Positions 35,880-45,412 of a stretch of DNA of 49,552 nt are shown in pieces. The notes under the pieces were generated by a model that did not search any database, was not told where the DNA came from, and saw nothing but the letters and a program-made list of their open reading frames with translations. Source of the stretch: Thermoproteota archaeon (GTDB taxonomy: Archaea; Korarchaeota; Korarchaeia; Korarchaeales; Korarchaeaceae); NCBI GenBank assembly GCA_027492205.1, contig JAOZFN010000003.1:1-49552 (forward strand), read 5' to 3'. Position 1 is the stretch's first letter. Every line of letters begins with the position of its first letter. The position numbers and the translations under genes were made by a program.

Positions 35880-36812
35880 ATGCTCGAGTGCGCCCTTCCT
35901 CCGCTGCTGTCGCTGGCGCTGACGGCCGCCGCGCAGAGCAGGTGGATCGCGATCTCTGAGTCGAGGGGATGGACCGCGAGAGACGTCCACAAGCCCGTGA
36001 AGCGCTTCTGCGTCAGCGCGGGGGCGCTACCCTCGGTGGCGGGGGCGGCCGCGGGTCTCCTGACCCTGAGTCTCCTCACCAGAAGTGCCGAACTAGGCGT
36101 TGTACTCGCGGTACCACTCTTCCACGCGGCCATGGGGATCTACGATGATCACGTGGGCCTCTCCAATCTTGAAAAGGTGATCCTTGGGGCCGTCCCGTTC
36201 CTCCTCCTCCAGCCCCAGCCGAGACGCATCCTGTGGCTATCTATGCCAACGTGGGCATTTCCAGTCTGGGCCGCCCTTCTGGGGACGTTCTCCGTTAATG
36301 CGATCAACATACTGGCGGGATTCAACGGGATAGAGGCGGGCTACTCCTTCCTGGTAGCGCTGGCGCTGGCGATCCACGCGTGGCTCTCCGGAGATCTGCT
36401 GACGGTTGCCGTGTCGCTCGTCTTCCTGGCTGCCCTCGTCCCCTTCCTCCGGTACAACGTCTACCCGGCCAGAGCATTTCCCGGCAACGTCGGCACGTTC
36501 TTCATGGGCGGGTACCTGGCCACTTACGCGCTTCTGGCCGGACTAGACTGGGTACTCATCCTGATGCTCTCACCTCACGCGGTAGACTTCCTCTTGAAGG
36601 TCTTCCGGTGGGGGAGGACTTCCACCAAGGGGAGATCGAGGGTCCTCCCCGACGGCAGGCTCGCTCCACCCCCCCACCTCTCGCTGGTGGGCCTGCTCCT
36701 CAGGGTCCGAAGGATGACCGAGCCCCAGCTGGTGTTATCGATCCTGACGCTCGGCGCCGCCATGCTGGCCCTAAGCCTGTTCTTGCAGCCTCTCGTACAT
36801 GCGCCAGCTTAG
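35880..36812 (+). CDS. Second AglH/GPT-family HexNAc-1-phosphate transferase
   Basis: RDVHKP, GIYDD, NAINILAGFNGIEAG, YNVYPARAFPGNVG. Confidence 0.88.
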   Translation: MLECALPPLLSLALTAAAQSRWIAISESRGWTARDVHKPVKRFCVSAGALPSVAGAAAGLLTLSLLTRSAELGVVLAVPLFHAAMGIYDDHVGLSNLEKVILGAVPFLLLQPQPRRILWLSMPTWAFPVWAALLGTFSVNAINILAGFNGIEAGYSFLVALALAIHAWLSGDLLTVAVSLVFLAALVPFLRYNVYPARAFPGNVGTFFMGGYLATYALLAGLDWVLILMLSPHAVDFLLKVFRWGRTSTKGRSRVLPDGRLAPPPHLSLVGLLLRVRRMTEPQLVLSILTLGAAMLALSLFLQPLVHAPA

Positions 36813-38312
36813 GATGGGCTTTCTGGCGGCGAGCACTTCGTCGAGTCTGCCGACGGCCGTGGAGCGAGGCGCCGTCTTGAGGATATCCGGATCCTCGTAC
36901 GCCTCCCGCAGCGCCCTCTCCAGGGCGGCCACGTACCTGTCAAGCTCCCTCTTGCTGTCCGACTCGGTCGGCTCTATCATCAGAGCCTCCTCCACAATCA
37001 ATGGGAAGTACATCGTCGGCGGGTGAACCCCGAGGTCGAGCAGCCTCTTAGCGATGTCCAGCGCCCTGACCCCTGTCTCCCTCCTGAGAGTCTTCAGGCT
37101 GATCACGAACTCGTGCTTGCACGGATCCTCCGCGCCGTACTGTATCGACACGCCCCTCAGCCTGCGTACCTTGCTGAGAACGTAGTTCGCGTTCAGCACG
37201 GCGGCACCGGATACCGCCCTCACTCCCTCCGATCCCAGGCGCTTGAGGTACGCCCACGCCTTCACCACCACCCCGAAGTTCCCGTAGAACGCCCTAACCC
37301 TGCCGATGGTCTTTGGCACCGAGTAGTCCAGGTAGTATCCGTTCTCCCCTCTCCTCACCAGCGGGACCGGTAGGAAATCTTTCAGCCCGTCAACGACTCC
37401 CACCGCCCCGGCGCCGGGACCCCCCGAACCGTGAGGGGCTGAGAACGTCTTGTGCAGGTTGAGGTGGGCGACGTCCACGCCCATGTCGGAGAGGAGGACC
37501 CTCCCGAGGATGGCGTTGAGATTTGCCCCGTCGTAGTAGATCAGGCCGCCGGCCCCATGCACCAGGTCTGCTATATCCAGAATCTCGGTCTCGAACAGTC
37601 CGAGCGTATTGGGGTTTGTGAGCATCATCCCGGCGGTGCGCTCACCGACGGCCTCCCTGAGCGCGGCCATGTCCACCCTGCCCCTCTCGTCGCTCGGGAT
37701 CTTGACCACCTTGAACCCAGCCATGGCCGCGCTGGCGAAGTTGGAGCCGTGTGCCGACACCGGGATCAGCATCTCGTCCCGCTGCGACTCGCCCCTGTCC
37801 TCGTGGTATGCCCTGATCATCAGCGCCCCCGTGAACTCCCCGTGGGCCCCGGCGGCGGGCTGAAGCGTGTAGTGGGGGAGTCCCGTGAGCTTGGCCAGCA
37901 TCTCGGCCAACTCGAACATTATCTGCAGAGCCCCCTGAACAGTCTCCTCGGGCTGATAGGGGTGAAGCCTGGTCACCTGTGGGAGGGCGGCCAGCCTCTC
38001 GTGCAGCTTCGGGTTGTACTTCATCGTGCATGAGCCGAGCCAGTAGGACCCGCTGTCGACCCCATAGTTCATCTCCGCGAGGCGAGAGAAGTGCCTCGCC
38101 ACTTCTGGGGCGGCCAGGGACGGCAGCCGCAGGTCCCTCCTCATCAGGTTCTCGGGGACCAGCTCCTCAGGTGAGTCAACTCCCAGCTCCTCCAACAGCT
38201 CCGGCTCCACCCTGAAGCGGTAGTAACCGTCGCCGTGCGATAGCTCGAACAGGGTCGGCTCTAGGATATCTCGGCCCGCAGCCCACCTGGCCTGCCTGAA
38301 CTCACCCTCCAC
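36771..38312 (-). CDS. gcvPB: Glycine dehydrogenase (decarboxylating) subunit 2
   Basis: LGSCTMKYNP, QPAAGAHGE, TNPNTLGLFE, PLP lysine HLNLHKTF, MIEPTES. Confidence 0.96.
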   Translation of the reverse strand: MEGEFRQARWAAGRDILEPTLFELSHGDGYYRFRVEPELLEELGVDSPEELVPENLMRRDLRLPSLAAPEVARHFSRLAEMNYGVDSGSYWLGSCTMKYNPKLHERLAALPQVTRLHPYQPEETVQGALQIMFELAEMLAKLTGLPHYTLQPAAGAHGEFTGALMIRAYHEDRGESQRDEMLIPVSAHGSNFASAAMAGFKVVKIPSDERGRVDMAALREAVGERTAGMMLTNPNTLGLFETEILDIADLVHGAGGLIYYDGANLNAILGRVLLSDMGVDVAHLNLHKTFSAPHGSGGPGAGAVGVVDGLKDFLPVPLVRRGENGYYLDYSVPKTIGRVRAFYGNFGVVVKAWAYLKRLGSEGVRAVSGAAVLNANYVLSKVRRLRGVSIQYGAEDPCKHEFVISLKTLRRETGVRALDIAKRLLDLGVHPPTMYFPLIVEEALMIEPTESDSKRELDRYVAALERALREAYEDPDILKTAPRSTAVGRLDEVLAARKPILSWRMYERLQEQA

Positions 38313-38313
38313 G

Positions 38314-39720
38314 TCACTTCACCTCCCCCAGCGCCGCGACAAGCGCGTCCAAGTCCGCCTTCGAGTGTCTCTCCGTCGTCGCGATCAGGACGCTGTCTCC
38401 GAGCTCCGGGAACCACCTGCCCACCCAGGGGCCTATCAAGATCCCCCTCTCGACGAGCCTCCTGACCGCCGCCCGCCAGTCGACGGACTCGGCGGACACC
38501 AGGAACTCCTTGAAGTGGAAGGAGTCGAATCTTGGCGCCGACAGGCCCGGAATCTCGCTGATCCTCCTCTGCAGGTAGTGAGAGTTGGCCAGGATCTTCT
38601 CTCCGAGGGTTCGCATCCCGCTCGGCCCTAGGAGCGCCAGGTAGACCGCGGCCCTGATGGCCATTAGGGCCTCGTTGGTCGTGATGTTGGAGGTCGCCCT
38701 TTCCTGCCTTATGTGCTGCTCCCTCGTCTGCAGGGTCATGACGTAGCCACGCCTCCCGTCGGCGGTCCGCGTCATTCCTATGACCCTCCCAGGGAGCTGG
38801 CGTATGAGCCTCGGTTCTGCTCTGGTGGCGAAGATCCCGAGGTATGGCCCGCCATAGCTCATGTAAAGCCCTAGAGGTTGTCCCTCGCCCACGACTATGT
38901 CCGCGCCCATCTCCCCCGGCGCGCGGAGCACGCCCAGGGCCGATGGGTCGACCCCCACAACCATGAGACCCCCGGCTCGGTGAACCGCGTCTGCAGCTCC
39001 CTCAACGGGTTCTTCTGCGACTCCGAAGAAGTTAGGGTACTCTAGGTAGACCATGGCGGTGTCCTCATCGACGGCCTCCTCGATCCGATCCAGCGGGACG
39101 GTCCCCCGGCTCCGATCGAAATTGATCTCCCTTATCTCGGCGTGGGGTCCAACGTATGTTCTGAGAACCTCAAGCCTCTCGGGGTGGGCGCTCCTCGGGA
39201 CGACCAGAACGCGGCGCCTCGTCACCCTCAGCGCCATCCGGGCGGCCTCGCCGAGAGCCGTGGACCAGTCATAGAGGGAGGAGTTGGCGGCTTCCATTCC
39301 GGTAAGCTCGCAGATGAGTGATTGGTACTCAAAGAGGGCTTGAAGAGATCCCTGCGAGATCTCAGGCTGGTAGGGAGTATAGGCCGTGTAAAACTCCTGC
39401 TTACCGGAGACTTCGTCGACGAGCGCCGGGACGTAGTGGTCCCAGGACCCTCCCCCCATGAAGCACTTCAAGTTCCAAGCTCCTAAGTTTCTCCCCAGGA
39501 TCTTCTCCGCCTCCGCCTCGACGGAGACCTCGTCTCCTCCCTCGCCAATATCGGGCGACTCCCTGAGCAGCGCCAATTCGGGCACGTCTCGAAATAGTTC
39601 TTCCACGGAACCCACGCCCATCTCGCCCAACATCTCCTCGATCGTTTCCTCATCCCAATTGGGGATGAGACCCGTTACCGGCCTAACAGCCTCCCGCCCT
39701 CCAGAGTCTTTCCCTCTCAA
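38314..39720 (-). CDS. gcvPA: Glycine dehydrogenase (decarboxylating) subunit 1
   Basis: [37 protein letters not shown]. Confidence 0.96.
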   Translation of the reverse strand: MRGKDSGGREAVRPVTGLIPNWDEETIEEMLGEMGVGSVEELFRDVPELALLRESPDIGEGGDEVSVEAEAEKILGRNLGAWNLKCFMGGGSWDHYVPALVDEVSGKQEFYTAYTPYQPEISQGSLQALFEYQSLICELTGMEAANSSLYDWSTALGEAARMALRVTRRRVLVVPRSAHPERLEVLRTYVGPHAEIREINFDRSRGTVPLDRIEEAVDEDTAMVYLEYPNFFGVAEEPVEGAADAVHRAGGLMVVGVDPSALGVLRAPGEMGADIVVGEGQPLGLYMSYGGPYLGIFATRAEPRLIRQLPGRVIGMTRTADGRRGYVMTLQTREQHIRQERATSNITTNEALMAIRAAVYLALLGPSGMRTLGEKILANSHYLQRRISEIPGLSAPRFDSFHFKEFLVSAESVDWRAAVRRLVERGILIGPWVGRWFPELGDSVLIATTERHSKADLDALVAALGEVK

Positions 39721-40152
39721 GGGAGATCGCAGCAGCCCGAGGTCATACGATAATTAGATTCTCCCTCAGACCCCCCGGCGACCCACGGTTCTGGGAAGAC
39801 TCTCATGTAGGGGGCTTGATGAAACTTCCGAGCGAAAGTTTCACCCATATAGGCCCTCCCCCACGACCGGGCCGGTACCGACCCGAAGTTATTTCTAAGA
39901 TAGATAACATCAGCCTCCACGCTCGTCCATCTAATCTAAACCAGTTAATCTATCCCTCAATGAGGTGCGTTACCTCATTTCCATGCAGATATAGTCTCCC
40001 GTAGCTAGATATTATCAAATCAATGGGAGTTTCCTTATAGGATCCTTGGATCGAAGTTGCGCACGTCGGCCGCACACTCGATCCAACCCTCCTTTGTGGG
40101 TCGGGAGTCGGCTCCAACAGACCCTTTATTTGACGACTCGTAGACTAAGCTG

Positions 40153-40179
40153 TCCCGCGGGCACATATAACCCGCGGGA
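40153..40179 (+). promoter_or_regulatory. Putative cdrS-ftsZ2 promoter/operator
   Basis: TCCCGCGGG-CACATATAA-CCCGCGGGA: two palindromic CCCGCGGG boxes flanking a TATA-like ATATAA about 20 nt before the ATG. Confidence 0.4.
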
Positions 40180-40189
40180 GCGTATAAGT

Positions 40190-40414
40190 ATGTCAGAGGG
40201 TTACCGGGCCAGGAGAACCGGGTCCGACGGTGTCTTTTCCCCCGCCGTCGTGTCAGTAAAGCTCCCTATAAGCCTCCTCAACCAGCTCGAGATCCTTAGG
40301 GACGCACTTGGCTACTCGACGAGGAGCGAGCTCATTAGAGATGCCCTCAGAGAGTTCATCTTGAGCAGGCACCGCCTCATTGGCGCCTACTCTCCAGAGG
40401 GAGGTGGGGCGTGA
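40190..40414 (+). CDS. cdrS: Ribbon-helix-helix (CopG-like) regulator, CdrS-like
   Basis: VVSVKLP...LLNQLE...GYSTRSELIRDALREF RHH signature; coupled to ftsZ2; start ATG 40190. Confidence 0.8.
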   Translation: MSEGYRARRTGSDGVFSPAVVSVKLPISLLNQLEILRDALGYSTRSELIRDALREFILSRHRLIGAYSPEGGGA

Positions 40415-41661
40415 TGGCTAAGATGATAGAGGACGCCCTTCGACTCAAGTCTGAGCTTCCTAGTCCCTCCTCGCCGGAGGAGGACCCCCTGAGCATGATA
40501 AGGAGGATAATGAAACCCGAGCAGACTGAAGACGACATCCCCGACATCTACGCCGACGTCCTCGGAGTCTCCTCGCCAGAGGTCGGCGAGGCGAACATAG
40601 TGATCGTTGGCGTCGGCGGCGCGGGCTGCAACACGGTGAATACGATCATGAAGGTGGGCATAACCGGCGCCAGGGCCGTCGCCATCAACACTGACAAGAG
40701 GCACCTCGACAAGGTCAACGCCCACATGAAGGTCCTCATCGGCGAATCCATCACCGGGGGCCTGGGGGCTGGTGGCTACCCAGAGATAGGCAGGGCCTGC
40801 GCCGAAAAGGATGCCTACCTCATCGCTGATGCCCTGGGGAAGAGGCCAGACCTCGTATTCATCGCGGCGGGGATGGGCGGGGGCACTGGCACGGGGGCGG
40901 CGCCGGTAGTGGCGAAGATAGCCAAGGACAAGGGCGCTATAGTGATATCGGTCGTGACTCTGCCCTTCAAGTACGAGGGTCCGCCCAGGATGGCAAAGGC
41001 CGTAGAGGGCGTCAAGAGGCTCGCGGAGTACTCCGACACCATCGTCACGATCTACAACGATAAGCTGCTCAGGTTCAAGAACCTCCCACTCGACGAGGCC
41101 TTCGCGGTAGCGGACTACTTCCTCGCCATCATGGTGAAGGGGATCACAGAGATCATAACCAAGAGGGCCCTCGTCAACGTGGACTACGCGGACATCATGG
41201 CTCTGATGAGCACGGGCGGACTGGCCGCCGTCGGCATCGGCGAGGCGAGCGGCAGGAAGGGAGAGAGAGTTGAGGCCGCCATCAGAATGGCCATGGAGAA
41301 CCCCTTGGTCGACTTCAAGCCGGACGGGGCCAGAGGGGCGATACTGGTGGTCTTAGGAGGGAAGAGCATGACCTTGGAGGAGGTTCACAAGGCCGCAGAG
41401 ATAGTCTCCTCAAAGCTCGCACCCAACGCGGTGTTCAAGTGGGGGGCCGACATAGATTCGTCGCTCGGCGACAGGATCAGGGTAATCCTGCTCTTCTCCG
41501 GGATCAGGGGACCAAACATCATCATAAGGCAGAAGACCGGGGTTCCCGCCATCGCCGATCCAACGATCAGGGGGCTAATCGGCGCGCGGGAGGAGCCAGA
41601 GCCTAGGGAGAAGGTACTTCAGGAAGTGCTCCAGATAGTTCCGGCAATGACCTTCGATTGA
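40411..41661 (+). CDS. ftsZ: Cell division protein FtsZ2
   Basis: GVGGAGCN, INTD, GMGGGTGTG, PFKYEG, LVNVDYADI, KWGA. Confidence 0.95.
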   Translation: MMAKMIEDALRLKSELPSPSSPEEDPLSMIRRIMKPEQTEDDIPDIYADVLGVSSPEVGEANIVIVGVGGAGCNTVNTIMKVGITGARAVAINTDKRHLDKVNAHMKVLIGESITGGLGAGGYPEIGRACAEKDAYLIADALGKRPDLVFIAAGMGGGTGTGAAPVVAKIAKDKGAIVISVVTLPFKYEGPPRMAKAVEGVKRLAEYSDTIVTIYNDKLLRFKNLPLDEAFAVADYFLAIMVKGITEIITKRALVNVDYADIMALMSTGGLAAVGIGEASGRKGERVEAAIRMAMENPLVDFKPDGARGAILVVLGGKSMTLEEVHKAAEIVSSKLAPNAVFKWGADIDSSLGDRIRVILLFSGIRGPNIIIRQKTGVPAIADPTIRGLIGAREEPEPREKVLQEVLQIVPAMTFD

Positions 41662-41690
41662 CCCCCGACCTCCTCTCTTTGTCCATTATT

Positions 41691-42803
41691 TTACAAAACC
41701 TTGACCAAGGTCTCTTCCCTATACCCCGTCACGACCCTTAGGTATCCCCTGAACTTCGTCCTCAGCTCCTCTTTAATGTCGAGTCTGAGTTCCCTGAGCT
41801 TGGCCAGCTTGGCGGGATGAGATATCACCATTAGATCAGTTTTGTCCAGCCTCTCTAGGACTCTTTCTGATATCTGCTGGTTGCCCCGACCGAGCAAAAC
41901 GCCGGAGCCGCCCACCGGTGTGAGGATTAGCTTGACCGGGCCAGCGTGTCGATCCACTATAGCCTCGAGCTCGCGGGCGTCCACATCCTTTGCAATCAGG
42001 CGATTCCCAAGGGCGACATCCACGCCCAGAGGAGTTTTCTCTATTCCCAACCTTGCCGCCACCTTGGAGACCGTGGATCCAGGGCCTAGGATGTAGAGGG
42101 TATCGGGATCCATATTTTCGGCTAGATAGGCAGCTATCCCGTCGTAGACGGCCTCGTCTCCCCCCCGAGTCGGCTCCTTGGTGTATTGAATGTGGGCGGG
42201 GTCGTCGGGGGTGATCGCGAATCCCTTCAGCTCCAGTCTGAGTTCTCCCTGGCGATAGAGGTCCTCGGCGGCGTCAACTATCTCAGCAGTGCGGACGCCA
42301 ACGCGCCCCTCCACGTACTCGGCCGCCAGGAGACCGGCATCCTCTGGCGAGTATGCGAACACCCCAGAGAACATCTTCACGCCCGCAGGTATTCCCAAGA
42401 TGGGGACCTTTTGATCCACCGCAGAGACCACGTCGGCCGCGGTGCCGTCGCCCCCGCAGAACAGTATTAACGCGACCCCTAACCCGCACATCCTCCTGGC
42501 GGCCTCCACAGTGTCCTCGGGCGTACTCTCACAGGAGTTCGGAACTTCGAGGACCTTCGCGATGCGGGCCCCGACCCTCTTCAGGGTCTGCTCCCCCATG
42601 ACCCCGCGCGGTGAAACGAACTGAACCTCCGGGATTCTGGCCAGCAGGATCCTGACAGCCCTCTCGGCCTTGATCGGAGATGTGGGCCTGTATCCCCGGC
42701 TTAGGGCGGTCTTCACGATCCACGGCGCGTCGGTACCCTTGAACCCTGCTGGTCCGCCCAGTCCGGCTATGGGGTTCACTATGAGCCCGATGAGCCTCTT
42801 CAC
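41691..42803 (-). CDS. ATP-NAD kinase family protein
   Basis: IVNPIAGLGG, GGDGT, LGIPAGVKMFSGVF, LGRGNQQIS. Confidence 0.88.
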   Translation of the reverse strand: MKRLIGLIVNPIAGLGGPAGFKGTDAPWIVKTALSRGYRPTSPIKAERAVRILLARIPEVQFVSPRGVMGEQTLKRVGARIAKVLEVPNSCESTPEDTVEAARRMCGLGVALILFCGGDGTAADVVSAVDQKVPILGIPAGVKMFSGVFAYSPEDAGLLAAEYVEGRVGVRTAEIVDAAEDLYRQGELRLELKGFAITPDDPAHIQYTKEPTRGGDEAVYDGIAAYLAENMDPDTLYILGPGSTVSKVAARLGIEKTPLGVDVALGNRLIAKDVDARELEAIVDRHAGPVKLILTPVGGSGVLLGRGNQQISERVLERLDKTDLMVISHPAKLAKLRELRLDIKEELRTKFRGYLRVVTGYREETLVKVL

Positions 42804-42834
42804 GAGGGGGCCCCAACGGAACTCCCGTTAAAAG

Positions 42835-43485
42835 TTGGCAGATACCCAGCCCTTGGTGCTCCTAGACCTGCTGAAACTTGCCCCCGGCCTCACGCTGATA
42901 CACGGCCCACCGGAGGCCGGTAAGACGACCGTAGCCACAATGCTCGCGCGGGAGATGGCCGCTCATGGGCGAGAGGTGATCTACTTTGACACCTCGCCCG
43001 CAGGCGAGGGGGTATCGAGGCTGTACTCCACGATAGTTGGGGCTGAATTGGCCGCGGAGAGGATAAAGGCCGTGGTTGCCCCCCCAAACCGGCTCCGCAG
43101 ACTCATAATCCCGATTCTCGCGAGATTCGGCGGGGCCCCTCCAGACTTGATAGTGGATGAGCTGTCGGCGATTTTTCTCTCAATCGCGGCGACTACTCCG
43201 GCGGACGATGTGAAGGCTCGCTCCAGGGCGTACAGAGAGATGCTAGCCGTCGCCGCCCTGATGAGGGCCTACGGAGAGGGAAACTCCGTCACGTGCATAG
43301 CGGCGGTCGACGACACGACGGAGGGTCTGCCCGTGGGGGGTCGTGCCCTCACGGCGCTGACGTCCTCCTCCATAGCCGTCGTGAGGAGCGAGCGCGGGGT
43401 AAGAAAGATCGTGGTCGAGCAGGGCCCCTCTGAGGGCGTGGAAGTTGAGTTTCGAGTGACAGAGTGGGGGCCGACGCTCCTTTAA
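42835..43485 (+). CDS. Short RecA-family ATPase (RadB-like paralog)
   Basis: TLIHGPPEAGKTT, IYFDT, LIVDELS, PVGG, C-terminal FRVTEWG; no N-terminal domain. Confidence 0.7.
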   Translation: MADTQPLVLLDLLKLAPGLTLIHGPPEAGKTTVATMLAREMAAHGREVIYFDTSPAGEGVSRLYSTIVGAELAAERIKAVVAPPNRLRRLIIPILARFGGAPPDLIVDELSAIFLSIAATTPADDVKARSRAYREMLAVAALMRAYGEGNSVTCIAAVDDTTEGLPVGGRALTALTSSSIAVVRSERGVRKIVVEQGPSEGVEVEFRVTEWGPTLL

Positions 43486-43517
43486 ATCGAGGGCTCCTTC
43501 CTCCCAACACGACCGAA

Positions 43518-43997
43518 ATGGAGCAGGTAGCCGCCCTCGTGAGGGAAGCACTCTGGTTCGTTCTACCAGCGTACTTCGCCAACGCGGCACCCGTCGTACT
43601 GGGTGGAGGGCCACCACTGGACGGCGGGAGAACATGGAGGGACGGCAAACCCCTTTTAGGCAGCAACAAGACCTTAAGGGGGTTCATCTCCGGAGTGCTC
43701 ATGGGCACCCTCGTGGGGGCCGCCCAGGGGAGAACCCTGGCGGGGTTTCTTATGGGGTTGGGGAGCATGCTGGGGGATGCCCTGGGCTCCTTCATCAAGA
43801 GGCGGCTGGATCTGAAGCCGGGGGATCAGGCGCCGGGACTGGACCAGCTCGGATTCCTCTTGGTCGCGCTTATGTTGGTGTACCCGATGGAGAGGCCCGA
43901 TTCGGACGTGCTCCTTACAGCGGTCCTTATTACACCGATCGTCCATGTGGCAACCAACGCGGTCGCGGTCCTCCTCGGCCTCAAGAGGTGGTTATGA
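43518..43997 (+). CDS. carS: CDP-archaeol synthase (DUF46)
   Basis: LPAYFANAAPV, PLDGG...DGKPLLGSNKT, GDALGSFIKRR, LDQLGF; start ATG 43518. Confidence 0.93.
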   Translation: MEQVAALVREALWFVLPAYFANAAPVVLGGGPPLDGGRTWRDGKPLLGSNKTLRGFISGVLMGTLVGAAQGRTLAGFLMGLGSMLGDALGSFIKRRLDLKPGDQAPGLDQLGFLLVALMLVYPMERPDSDVLLTAVLITPIVHVATNAVAVLLGLKRWL

Positions 43998-43998
43998 C

Positions 43999-44931
43999 TT
44001 GGCCGAGGTTCGGGAGTTCTTGAAGGCGAGAGGCTATCCGGATTGGATAATAGAGCGGATCCAAGCATGCTTTTCGTCGGTAAAGGAGCTCTCAATGGTC
44101 CCCCCGGGAGTCTTAGCTGAGTCCTGCGGGGTGGACGCAAAGATCGCTAGGGAAATCGTGCGCCAAGCTGCAGAGGCAACCGTCTACCTGAGGCCCGCGA
44201 TCGAGGTGGCCCGAACCCCCAAGAAATACCTCAAATTCTTGGTGAAGTCCATAGACGAACTCCTCGGCGGGGGCCTTCCAAGAGGGTCTCTCGTTGAAAT
44301 ATACGGAGAACCCGGGGTTGGCAAGACGCAGACCGCCCTTCACCTCGCCGTTAACGCCCTCCTTCCTACGGACGAGGGCGGTCTGGGTGGGAGGGTGGTC
44401 TACGTGGACACCGAGGGGGGGTTCTCCCCAGACAGAGTGGCCGCCATGGCGAGGGCGAGGGGCATGGAGCCAGAATCCGCCCTGGAACGCATATCCGTGG
44501 TGGAAGTTCGGACGGTGGAGGCTCTGTTGGTCGCGCTAACCCGCGCACGCGATGAGGTCAAGGCGGGGGCAGTCCTCGTGGTTGTGGACTCCCTCCTCTC
44601 GCCCTTCAGGCAGGAGTATTCGGGTCTTGGCATGCTCGCCGCTAGGCAGCAGAGGCTCGCAGCGGCGCTCGGGGAGCTGGGAAGGGCGGCAGACCTCGGC
44701 GCCGTCTGCGTGATCACCAACCACGTCATTGGGAAGACGGGGGGGCTTCAGCGCTACTCCCCGGCGGGGGGATACGTCCTGGGCCACGCCCCCGACCCCG
44801 TGCTGCTGATCAGGCGATCCGTCAGGAATAGGCGCATCCTGAGCGTAGTTGACTCCTCACACCTCCCGCCCGGGGAGGCGCTGTTTGCAATAACGGAAGC
44901 CGGGCTCGTCGATGTGGAGGGGCTTGCGTAA
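43999..44931 (+). CDS. RadA/Rad51-family recombinase or divergent paralog
   Basis: IDELLGGG, EIYGEPGVGKTQ, YVDTEG, VVDSL, RQQRL, DSSHLP; N-terminal helical domain; start adjusted to TTG 43999. Confidence 0.85.
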   Translation: MAEVREFLKARGYPDWIIERIQACFSSVKELSMVPPGVLAESCGVDAKIAREIVRQAAEATVYLRPAIEVARTPKKYLKFLVKSIDELLGGGLPRGSLVEIYGEPGVGKTQTALHLAVNALLPTDEGGLGGRVVYVDTEGGFSPDRVAAMARARGMEPESALERISVVEVRTVEALLVALTRARDEVKAGAVLVVVDSLLSPFRQEYSGLGMLAARQQRLAAALGELGRAADLGAVCVITNHVIGKTGGLQRYSPAGGYVLGHAPDPVLLIRRSVRNRRILSVVDSSHLPPGEALFAITEAGLVDVEGLA

Positions 44932-44977
44932 ACGTTCTATAATTGGAGGCCCACGGCTTCCCCTCGGGTGTTGTCTC

Positions 44978-45400
44978 TTGGATCAGGTGCCGAGGGATCG
45001 AAAGTATACTAAGACCCACGAGTGGGCGAAGCTCGAGGACGGGCGGGTCAGAGTGGGGTTGACGAAGCACGCGATCGACTCCCTCGGAGACCTCACGTAC
45101 GTCGAGGTGAAGTCAATAGGCACCGAGGTGGAGAGGGGTGGCGAGCTGGGTCTAGTGGAAAGCAACAAGGCGGTAGAACACATCTACGCGCCTGTCAGCG
45201 GAAGGGTGGTGGAGCTTAACTCGGACGCTGGAGTGATAGAGGAAGGTGGTACCGAGATCACGGGGGAACTCGAGGTTATCTCAGAGGACCCCTACGGGCA
45301 AGGATGGATAGTGATCCTTGAACCCACCAAGCTTGATGAGGAGTGGGACCAGCTCCTCTCTCCAGAGGAGTACGAGAAGCTCCTCGCTGAGGAGGGCTGA
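44978..45400 (+). CDS. gcvH: Glycine cleavage system H protein
   Basis: KYTKTHEW, lipoyl-lysine motif VESNKAV, APVSG, DPYGQGW; start adjusted to TTG 44978. Confidence 0.92.
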   Translation: MDQVPRDRKYTKTHEWAKLEDGRVRVGLTKHAIDSLGDLTYVEVKSIGTEVERGGELGLVESNKAVEHIYAPVSGRVVELNSDAGVIEEGGTEITGELEVISEDPYGQGWIVILEPTKLDEEWDQLLSPEEYEKLLAEEG

Positions 45401-45412
45401 GGTCAGGGGGAC

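Noticed and set aside
39721-39920. Glycine riboswitch upstream of gcvPA, or a hammerhead/C-D RNA at TTGATGA 39817
   Set aside because: Conserved aptamer, hammerhead core and a suitably placed D box were not found.
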